NCBI GenBank assembly: GCA_037917685.1
Contig: JAVCBU010000019.1
Coordinates: forward strand, 1-32,172
Source: Thermoproteota archaeon
GTDB lineage: Archaea > Korarchaeota > Korarchaeia > Korarchaeales > JAOZGB01
Reading direction: 5' to 3'
DNA: 32,172 nucleotides
This document shows, in pieces, positions 1-6,478 of this stretch (positions within the stretch are counted from its first letter, which is position 1; every line of letters starts with the position of its first letter). The position numbers and the translations under genes are program-made. Under the pieces are notes generated by a model, which saw only the letters and a list, made by a program, of their open reading frames with translations, was not told where the DNA came from and made no database searches.

Positions 1-129
1 TACTCATCCCCTCAGCACACTTTCAATCCCGTTTAAGCCGGTTTTGCTTTTGAAACGCCATTGTCTGCGGTCTCTCAGGGATCCATGTTCAACTTTCAAT
101 CCCGTTTAAGCCGGTTTTGCTTTTGAAAC
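1..129 (-). CRISPR. CRISPR array A, leader-proximal end (continues beyond the window edge)
   Basis: Two identical 37-bp repeats at 20-56 and 93-129 (CTTTCAATCCCGTTTAAGCCGGTTTTGCTTTTGAAAC on +) with a 36-bp spacer at 57-92 and a partial spacer at 1-19. The AT-rich leader to the right and the GAAAG 3' end give minus orientation. Confidence 0.96.
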
Positions 130-490
130 CCCCAGCATTATATTTGTTATTGTTATTTTTAATTGTTTGTAATGCCGTTGTGTGGCTAACTGTTGCGGAT
201 ATCGCTTTCTGCGTGAGGTCTTTATAAAGATATGCACATGGTGCTTTAGGGCTTATATGCTGTGAGGGGTTATTATTCTTTCCCGATTTTTAACTTGGTT
301 TCTCATGGGTTTCTATTTTGTCGTTTATCCTTTCTATTTTGCTTGTTTGCGGTGTTTCGGTTTTTATACTTTTTATTCGTGTTTAATTCTGGTTTAAGGT
401 TTTTGGTTGGTGTTTTCGGGTTTCCTCCGTTGATTTTCAATGTTTACACTTGGCTGGTAAGGCTTGATTGTAGAGGTGATATGCACATTT
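130..490 (-). promoter_or_regulatory. CRISPR leader A
   Basis: Low-complexity region. Its reverse complement aligns with 31660-32025 (shared TTAAAAATAACAATAACAAATATAA, GCGATATCC, TGTGCATATCTTTATAAA, GCCAAGTGTAAACAT). TATA-like TTTATAAA at 221-228. Confidence 0.88.
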
Positions 491-879
491 GGCAAACTTC
501 TTATTATGTTGTGTAAGGCATAGAAGCTGCCTATTTTTGATTGTTAGCCTTGACCATAATGTTTTAGACCGTAGAATCGACTAGGCGCGCCCTGAAGTAA
601 GGCTATTCTAGGGAGTACATGGATATTTTATTTTTGGGGATGCTGGCTCCAAGCTTAAGAAGTGGACTCGTATGATGCTGATAATCTTCTATGAGCTTGG
701 GAGATCAAACCCAGCTATGCACATCCTAATATACGGGTTATAATTTGGTGTTATTTTACTTGTATTGAAGCTTTGACAGGTTTATAGAGTGGACGGCCTC
801 CGAGAGCTTGGTAGAACCAGCTATTTTATCGCTTTGATTTTAAGGTTTCCAGTAGGCTTGTTGGTTTTCAGCTTGGGAT

Positions 880-1065
880 GGGCTTGCGTGTTGCCTCTAC
901 TAGGTTTCGGCTGCGGTGTGTTTCTGTTGTTGTAGTTATTGAAAGCCCATCTGTGCTTGTGTGTTTCCTTTACTAGGTTTTCAGCTACAGTCCAGCTCAA
1001 CGATACCCTTAACTTCATCCCAGCGGGTGCTTGTGTGTTTCCTTTACTAGGTTTTCGGTTGCGGT
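880..1065. repeat. Three imperfect 38-39-bp repeats separated by two unrelated 35-bp segments (73-74-bp period)
   Basis: Copies at 880-917, 953-991 and 1027-1065. GTGCTTGTGTGTTTCCTTTACTAGGTTTTC is identical in copies 2 and 3. Intervening segments at 918-952 and 992-1026. Confidence 0.8.
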
Positions 1066-1157
1066 TGTGGTTTATTTTGGGCTGTGTCCTTCTTTTGGGT
1101 TAGGCTTGCGGAGAATATGAGGGTTATGCCTAGGACGATGGTTGTCATTATTTTTAG
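1047..1157 (-). pseudogene. Displaced 3' end of the membrane protein gene that starts at 2998
   Basis: Reads LKIMTTIVLGITLIFSASLT-QKKDTAQNKPQPQPKT*. The first 20 codons are identical to those encoded at 2747-2806. Confidence 0.65.
1097..1157 (+). repeat. 61-bp perfect direct repeat, left copy
   Basis: GGGTTAGGCTTGCGGAGAATATGAGGGTTATGCCTAGGACGATGGTTGTCATTATTTTTAG, identical to 2746-2806. Confidence 0.95.
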
Positions 1158-1163
1158 ACGGAA

Positions 1164-1348
1164 CTTTCAATCCCGTTTAAGCCGGTTTTGCTTTTGAAAC
1201 AGCGTGGGCTTAGACTGCAGAGCGTCATATTGCTACCCTTTCAATCCCGTTTAAGCCGGTTTTGCTTTTGAAACACACATGGTACCCACCGGACAGGCGT
1301 TTTCTCGGCCACTTTCAATCCCGTTTAAGCCGGTTTTGCTTTTGAAAC
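1164..1348 (-). CRISPR. Leaderless mini-array (3 repeats, 2 spacers)
   Basis: Perfect repeats at 1164-1200, 1238-1274 and 1312-1348, with 37-bp spacers at 1201-1237 and 1275-1311. Only 41 bp separate it from the glycosyltransferase stop, and no leader homology is visible. Confidence 0.95.
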
Positions 1349-1389
1349 AATAGAGAGCCCCCCTGTGCCTGTGTTTGGAGGGTTGTCTG

Positions 1390-2064
1390 TCAGATTTTTT
1401 CGTATGTTTTTAGGCAGGTTTCAGCCGCGTGTTCGGGGTGGTGCTGTCTGGGGAGGGGTGGGGATATGCGGAGCCCGTTCCAGATCACGGGTGTCCCAAC
1501 CGCCAGTGCTTCAAGGGCTGTTTTCGACAGGTACCATGGCTTTGTCTCCTTGTAGTATGGTAGTGAGGCTAGGTGGCCTGGCATCCTGGTGTACGGTACT
1601 GGCTGGAGGCTGCATCTTTCAGGTTTGACGTTGGGGTTGAATAGGCTTGTGTCCACCGGTGTAGGTATTAGGGTTGCATCTTGGAACACTGAAAGCAGGT
1701 CTGGGGTTGCAACAAGTATCCGCCTTTGGAATCTCCTGAGCATGGTGATCATCCATGCGGGCATTCGGCGTGTCTCCGAGCCGTGTAGGTGTAGGAACAC
1801 GTTTCTACCTGTCGCAAGCAGTAGGAGGAAGAGCTTGGGGATACCGTGTACGTGTACTATATCTGCGTGCTTCGAGGCTTTCAAAGTATAGGTGTAGAAC
1901 CTGGCGGGGGACAGGTTGAGGAGGACTGTCCCGTAGTAGCAGTCTATGCTGTAGGGGTCGTGGCCTGCACGTTTTACAACGGTTGAACTGTGGCCCATTG
2001 AACGTTGCTGCCTTGAAATGATGGCTGCAACCCCAGCCATATCCCAGACATGTAGTATACGCAT
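1390..2064 (-). CDS. GT-B fold (family 4-like) glycosyltransferase, compact
   Basis: MRILHV N-terminus, ADIVHVH, HLHGSE, IPTPVDTSLFNP and C-terminal ALEALAVGTPVI motif typical of GT4. Confidence 0.75.
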   Translation of the reverse strand: MRILHVWDMAGVAAIISRQQRSMGHSSTVVKRAGHDPYSIDCYYGTVLLNLSPARFYTYTLKASKHADIVHVHGIPKLFLLLLATGRNVFLHLHGSETRRMPAWMITMLRRFQRRILVATPDLLSVFQDATLIPTPVDTSLFNPNVKPERCSLQPVPYTRMPGHLASLPYYKETKPWYLSKTALEALAVGTPVIWNGLRISPPLPRQHHPEHAAETCLKTYEKI

Positions 2065-2088
2065 CTCAGGAACCCTCCTATCCCCTCC

Positions 2089-2502
2089 TCACATCTCGAG
2101 GTAGCCTAGCTCTCTGAGCCTGCGTCTAACCTGAGCCATGTACTTCTCATCCTCCCTATAATCCGGCTCCAGTAGGTATTCTCCCCCTCTAAGCCTCTTC
2201 TCCCTCTCATACTCCTCCCTCGTCATGGGTATACCGAAGTGCGTGGTGTGGAAGCAGTTGGGGCACTTCCAGGCCTGGTCATCCCTCACAGGGTGGCCGC
2301 CAGCGAGGTGTGAAAACCTGAACAGCACGGGTGTCCCGCAGTATGGGTACCGTGGCTTTATCTTCATCCTCGACACAGCCCTCTCAACCAGTATGGCCAG
2401 GCTGTCAAGCCCCGCATGGTAGCCGTTGCCCAGCTCCCTAGCGTCAACACCGAGCATGAGAAGCCTAACCCTCCGAAGCAGCTTCCCAAGTCTTATAGGC
2501 AT
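2089..2502 (-). CDS. Hypothetical Zn-ribbon-like protein
   Basis: YPYCG...WKCPNC (the first CxxC appears to have C>Y). GGAGGT RBS before the ATG at 2502; the ORF track start is 2517. Confidence 0.65.
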   Translation of the reverse strand: MPIRLGKLLRRVRLLMLGVDARELGNGYHAGLDSLAILVERAVSRMKIKPRYPYCGTPVLFRFSHLAGGHPVRDDQAWKCPNCFHTTHFGIPMTREEYEREKRLRGGEYLLEPDYREDEKYMAQVRRRLRELGYLEM

Positions 2503-2617
2503 TTCAACAACCTCCATCCTCCCCTCTGTGTTCCAACTGCCATGGTTGCGGGCAAGCCGTATTTCTGGATGAACAGCCTGTACCCGGAGACTACGAAGGC
2601 TGTTGCAACCCTCCTGT

Positions 2618-2748
2618 TCATATCAATCCTTCCACCCATTTTTCATCATTATCTTGTCCTCCTGGGTGAAGGGCATGTTGAGGTAGTGCTGTAGTGATGT
2701 GAGCTGGGTGTGGCCCTGGCTTAGTGCTATCAGCGTCACGTGCTCGGG
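2618..2748 (-). pseudogene. C-terminal fragment of a tyrosine recombinase/integrase
   Basis: A frame absent from the ORF track reads PEHVTLIALSQGHTQLTSLQHYLNMPFTQEDKIMMK. This fits the box II GH...Y catalytic motif of archaeal site-specific integrases. A 1-nt slip in an A-run appears to give KWVEGLI*. The fragment is truncated at the 61-bp repeat. Confidence 0.7.
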
Positions 2749-2998
2749 TTAGGCTTGCGGAGAATATGAGGGTTATGCCTAGGACGATGGTTGTCATTAT
2801 TTTTAGGGGTTTATATATGTCCATTGAGAGGAAGAGGGCTAGTGCGCAGACTGCTGTGACCAGGGATAATCCGTACATTACTATGTGTGGCTTTAGAACC
2901 TCTCTTATGTCTCTCCCGGTTTTTCTTGAGGCGTTTGCTAAATATCCTAGGTAGAATAGTAGGGCTAGGATTGATATGCCTGCTACTAGGCCTAGCAT
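2618..2998 (-). CDS. Small membrane protein (about 3 TM) with a chimeric C-terminal tail from the insertion
   Basis: ATG at 2998 overlaps the upstream TAA (TAATG). Three hydrophobic segments. The tail after SASLT is read from integrase DNA in another frame. Confidence 0.65.
   Translation of the reverse strand: MLGLVAGISILALLFYLGYLANASRKTGRDIREVLKPHIVMYGLSLVTAVCALALFLSMDIYKPLKIMTTIVLGITLIFSASLTRARDADSTKPGPHPAHITTALPQHALHPGGQDNDEKWVEGLI
2746..2806 (+). repeat. 61-bp perfect direct repeat, right copy
   Basis: Identical to 1097-1157. Lies inside the membrane protein CDS. Confidence 0.95.
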
Positions 2999-3189
2999 TA
3001 TAATCCCCTCTCCTCGAAGTACTTGCCGAACGATGCGAACATTGCAGCCATTAGTATTAGGATGGCGAGCTTTCCCAGGTCTGAAAGGTATTTTATGTAT
3101 CCTACTGCGAGGTATAGGACTCCGCTTAGGCACATTAGTATCCCGAAACCGTACAGTGCGTAGGTTTTAAGCTCGCCCAAGCCTATCAC
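2998..3189 (-). CDS. Small 2-TM membrane protein
   Basis: 63 aa with two hydrophobic helices, translationally coupled on both sides. Confidence 0.65.
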   Translation of the reverse strand: MIGLGELKTYALYGFGILMCLSGVLYLAVGYIKYLSDLGKLAILILMAAMFASFGKYFEERGL

Positions 3190-3668
3190 CTATTCAGGGA
3201 TGCCTGCAGCAGGTATTCATCGACTGCTGGAGCCCTGTAGACTGTTAGGTATAGGGATCTCTGAAAATAGTTGGTCTCTATCTTTAACACATAGTCCTTA
3301 CCTGGATCTAGTTCTTCGGTGTCCAGCGACCATTCGACCTCGATAGTCTGGAAGGGCCCTGCTGACCTGTTTGTAGAGAGCAGTGTTAGAATCCTCCTCT
3401 CCCCCACGAACAGGGACACCTTTAACTCAACCCGGACCCTGCTGAAACCATTATTCGATATTTTATAGGTGAAATACAGGCTCCAACCATGCTCAACTCC
3501 CATATAGCCCGGAGAATCCTTCTCAAATGTTATCTCATGCCTCCACCCTCTCTCCGTCACGTATAGCGTGTCGTGGACCCCAAGCACAGCATCGTAAAAG
3601 AACACCAACACAATCCCTACCATACACAGCAAACCAATATACAGGCTATTCTCACCCATGCCACTCAA
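3186..3668 (-). CDS. Membrane-anchored protein with probable beta-sandwich ectodomain
   Basis: N-terminal TM followed by alternating beta-strand patterns (YKISNNG, VELKVSL, EVEWSLDT...PGKDYVLKIET). Confidence 0.65.
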   Translation of the reverse strand: MSGMGENSLYIGLLCMVGIVLVFFYDAVLGVHDTLYVTERGWRHEITFEKDSPGYMGVEHGWSLYFTYKISNNGFSRVRVELKVSLFVGERRILTLLSTNRSAGPFQTIEVEWSLDTEELDPGKDYVLKIETNYFQRSLYLTVYRAPAVDEYLLQASLNR

Positions 3669-3889
3669 GTCACAGCCACAAATAATTAAAAGTTTTACAT
3701 CCCCACAGCAAGCTTACAACCCACTAAGGCAGGGGAGAGGCAGAGGTGGAGGGGTGGGTTCGATATGGGTGTTATCGGGTTTGTGCTTGCCTTCTTGAGG
3801 GGGTTATTTTGCCCTCCTGTTGTCTTCCAGGTTGGACGTTTCTACTGCCCAGTTTTCAGGCTTTTACTCTCATGTTTCTGCGGCGTTGT

Positions 3890-4288
3890 TTAGTATTCTA
3901 TGACTTCGACCCCGGCTTTCTCCGCCTCGCTGGCCTGTTTCCCGTCGCATGTCACCAGTGGCAAGGCCTTCTCCCTGGCTAATGCTATGTAGAGTGCGTC
4001 GTAAACTGTGATGCTTGTTTTCAAGGCTATCTCGAAGGCCTCGTCTATTATCTCCGCCTGGTCAACGGTTGTGATAACTTTTCCAACTACGAGTTTCAAG
4101 GCCTTATACTTCGTCTTCGCGTCGTCGATGCTTATAACACCTTTAAGCCATGCTTTCCATATGCTGTTCGCCGCCTCCTTAGCTACCAGTGTAGGACTCA
4201 CCCCCTCCCTGAGGTGTTGGGCTACCTCCTTCCACCCCGGCTCCTTTAGGACGTATTTTGAAAGGGCTGAGGCGTCAATGACCTTCAC
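3890..4288 (-). CDS. vapC: PIN-domain toxin (VapC family)
   Basis: VIDASAL, E-x-x-N, ITVYDALYIALA and LVTCD motifs. Overlaps the upstream antitoxin. Confidence 0.92.
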   Translation of the reverse strand: MKVIDASALSKYVLKEPGWKEVAQHLREGVSPTLVAKEAANSIWKAWLKGVISIDDAKTKYKALKLVVGKVITTVDQAEIIDEAFEIALKTSITVYDALYIALAREKALPLVTCDGKQASEAEKAGVEVIEY

Positions 4289-4502
4289 GGTCCTCCCTCA
4301 CAGACTCGGCTGAGAAGCCCTCCGGGACACCCCCCGTCCCACCTATCATCCTTGTAGCCTCCGTCAAGGCCTCCTCAGCCTCCAACTCCCTTATCCTCCT
4401 AACAATGTACTCCCTTAACTCCCTGCTCCAGTTAACCCTTCCCCTAAGCTTCCTCATTCTCTCCTTAACCTCAGCCGGAACCTTCAAGGTAACAACACTC
4501 AT
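4275..4502 (-). CDS. vapB: VapB-type antitoxin (RHH/CopG-like)
   Basis: 75 aa, MSVVTLKVPAEVKERM...VNWSRELREYI...SVREDR, directly upstream of vapC. TATA-like TTTAAG about 30 bp upstream. Confidence 0.85.
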   Translation of the reverse strand: MSVVTLKVPAEVKERMRKLRGRVNWSRELREYIVRRIRELEAEEALTEATRMIGGTGGVPEGFSAESVREDREGH

Positions 4503-4605
4503 AATACCCTAAAGTTATACCCTACCATACTACTTAAATTTCTTACTAGGAGAGTGCTAATATCCGGGAAACCAACTCTAACCATGAAACACAGAAATGC
4601 TCGAT

Positions 4606-4642
4606 CTTTCAACCCCGTTTAAGCCGGTTTTGCTTTTGAAAC
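4606..4642 (-). CRISPR. Solitary CRISPR repeat (1 mismatch)
   Basis: CTTTCAACCCCGTTTAAGCCGGTTTTGCTTTTGAAAC, 36/37 identical to the array repeat. No second intact repeat nearby. Confidence 0.9.
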
Positions 4643-4783
4643 ATAGCTCACACCAGCCATGGTAAAAGCTGGTGAAAGATTTCAGCGCGCGATTCAGCTC
4701 AGTACAACTCTTCGGAATAGATACGGGAAATCTTATCCTCTCTCCTCTAAAAAGTTTTCGCGTGCGTGAAGCCTGGCAGATGC

Positions 4784-4867
4784 CTAGCCGAAGCTTTTAA
4801 CCTCCGATCTTAGGTCTTCAGGTAACTTTTTGATTTCTCGGGCTAAACCTCTTTCGTTCATCTTCAT
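4784..4867 (-). pseudogene. Possible truncated DUF2281-like antitoxin remnant
   Basis: MKMNERGLAREIKKLPEDLRSEVKSFG* resembles the N-terminus of that family (IxxLPxxLxxEVxxF). Confidence 0.25.
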
Positions 4868-4897
4868 TCAATTGGTATTCTCTGAATGCTTTGGCAT

Positions 4898-5434
4898 CTA
4901 GCTGGCTATTAGTTCTTTAATTACCTTCTTTAAGGTTAGATCGAGCTTTTCAAAAGTGGTACAGAATATATTTTCATCTAAGTCTTCCTTTAAACAGTCA
5001 TTTTCCCCTAAATAGCAATATACAAGCTTAATCCTTAATTTCTTCTCTGTAAAATTAGTTATTATGTTTGAAAGATCTTTTGGTAGTTTTTTACTTTTCG
5101 ATACTTCTATTATAAGCCAGCTATCTACATCTGGAAGCCAGAAAACGATGTCAACCTCCCTGTTTTTAATGCTTATGTTGTGGGTGGCAACACCATTAAC
5201 AAGGTTAAAAATTCTATTTTTAGAGTATAGGAATGCAAAGATTTCAGATATTGTATACAGTTGATCCCAATATACGGGGTTTAAGACTAGGCATTTCTCA
5301 AACTTTTGTTTAAGGCTGTTAGTGCAGGTTTCTCTATGCAAGTCGAAGTCTTCATCATCTAGGAATATTTTATCGCAGCTTTTGCAATGGTAGATTACAT
5401 CATTGATCAGAAGACCTAAATCCTCATAATCCAC
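4898..5434 (-). CDS. Zn-finger + PD-(D/E)xK-like nuclease domain protein
   Basis: YHCKSCDKIF...DLHRETC (C2HC finger) and REVDIVF...WLIIEVSK. Visibly more AT-rich than its neighbours. Confidence 0.6.
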   Translation of the reverse strand: MDYEDLGLLINDVIYHCKSCDKIFLDDEDFDLHRETCTNSLKQKFEKCLVLNPVYWDQLYTISEIFAFLYSKNRIFNLVNGVATHNISIKNREVDIVFWLPDVDSWLIIEVSKSKKLPKDLSNIITNFTEKKLRIKLVYCYLGENDCLKEDLDENIFCTTFEKLDLTLKKVIKELIAS

Positions 5435-5590
5435 TAAAGGAAAAGTAAGGAGATAAGTTTTCCCCGGCTAAGTAATCTACTATGTCTTTGGGGTTAAGAG
5501 GATTTGGGAATCTATTTTCGATGAGATAGTTTAAAAAGGTCAGTAGGAGCTTGTGTCCGTCTGCTGAGATGGGTAGGGCCATTTTTGAAC

Positions 5591-6478
5591 TCACTTTAGG
5601 AGGTGTTCTGCGTATTGGTTAATTGTGAGTTTCTGTATATGTTCTGGTTTTTGTAGTAGGGCTTTAATGTTTGCGATTTGTTCCTCTATGGTTTGTGGTT
5701 GTGGTTTGATTTTGAGTATTGTGGCGGTGCTTTTCTCCGGGTTTATGATGAGGGAACCGTATCCGGCTGTTTTTAGTCCTCCTACTTGTATTCCTTTTTT
5801 CAATGTGTATTTTAGAATGTTTGCTAAGAGTTTGGCTTCTGGCTGGCCTGGTGTTATGTTGTCTGCTATGATTTTTGTGCGGAATGTTAGTTTGGGTGAT
5901 GGGGGTATGTACTCTATTATATAGAGTTTTCTGGGGTCTACGGTTCTTGTTTTTCTTGAGATTGCTGTTGAGATGTATGTTTTTATCGTCCATTCTCCCT
6001 GTGGCACTGCGTCGTGGATTAGGAGTTTTGAGGCTATTCCCTTTGCTCCGAATAGCCTGCATATTGGGCAGTGGTATGCGAGGTATAGGTCTACCCTGTC
6101 TTGGGGGCTTAGCTCATCCACCTGTTCGGATGTCCAGATCTGTTTTAGCCATTGTTCTGCTTGGTGTAGGTGGGTTTTCAGGTCTATTTTGCTGTTTTCC
6201 CTTTTGATGTGGGTGTCTTTGAGGTGGGCTTGTGTTGCTATGTCTGTTGTTGGGTCTCCATACTTCATTGTTTTTGCTATTCTTGAGGCTAGGTGTCTGA
6301 GTGTTCCTTTTAGACTTTCTGCGGGTATTATTGGTGTTTCTTTTCCGTTTACTGTGAGTGTTAGGAGTTTCTTCCTCGGCCCTTCCTGGCCTGCCCCTAT
6401 GTGTAGGGGTGTTTGGGGTGTTAGGTGTAGTTCTATTATTGTTCGGCTTTCTAGGGCTGGGTTAGGGTGGGAGTTCAT
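5591..6478 (-). CDS. cas7: Type III RAMP, Cas7 group (Csm3/Csm5-like)
   Basis: TPLHIGAG, IIPAESLKGTLR, CPICRLFG and G-rich loop QVGGLKTAGYG. Confidence 0.88.
   Translation of the reverse strand: MNSHPNPALESRTIIELHLTPQTPLHIGAGQEGPRKKLLTLTVNGKETPIIPAESLKGTLRHLASRIAKTMKYGDPTTDIATQAHLKDTHIKRENSKIDLKTHLHQAEQWLKQIWTSEQVDELSPQDRVDLYLAYHCPICRLFGAKGIASKLLIHDAVPQGEWTIKTYISTAISRKTRTVDPRKLYIIEYIPPSPKLTFRTKIIADNITPGQPEAKLLANILKYTLKKGIQVGGLKTAGYGSLIINPEKSTATILKIKPQPQTIEEQIANIKALLQKPEHIQKLTINQYAEHLLK

Larger units (their letters stand above)
1097..2806 (-). mobile_element. ~1.6-kb insertion, probable remnant of a virus/integrative element carrying a mini-CRISPR array
   Basis: Bounded by 61-bp direct repeats that duplicate part of a CDS. 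Contains an integrase C-terminal fragment, a Zn-ribbon gene, a glycosyltransferase and three CRISPR repeats. Confidence 0.65.

Noticed and set aside
262-516. 84-aa Phe/Leu-rich ORF
   Set aside because: Lies wholly in CRISPR leader A and is a product of T-rich low complexity.
821-1018. 65-aa minus ORF
   Set aside because: Runs through the 74-bp-period repeats, is low complexity and has no recognisable motif.
1097-1163. Sequence after the last mini-array repeat as a self-targeting spacer against 2746-2806
   Set aside because: The first 6 nt (seed) mismatch, the match is 61 bp rather than ~37, there is no closing repeat, and it is the same sense as the mRNA. An insertion-boundary duplication explains it better.
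2999-3133. N-terminal 45 aa of the 171-aa ORF 2618..3133
   Set aside because: Overlaps the 63-aa membrane gene. The coupled ATG at 2998 is the more plausible start.
4679-4720. Possible degenerate second repeat one spacer-length from the solitary repeat
   Set aside because: Only TTTCA and scattered bases match, which is not distinguishable from chance.
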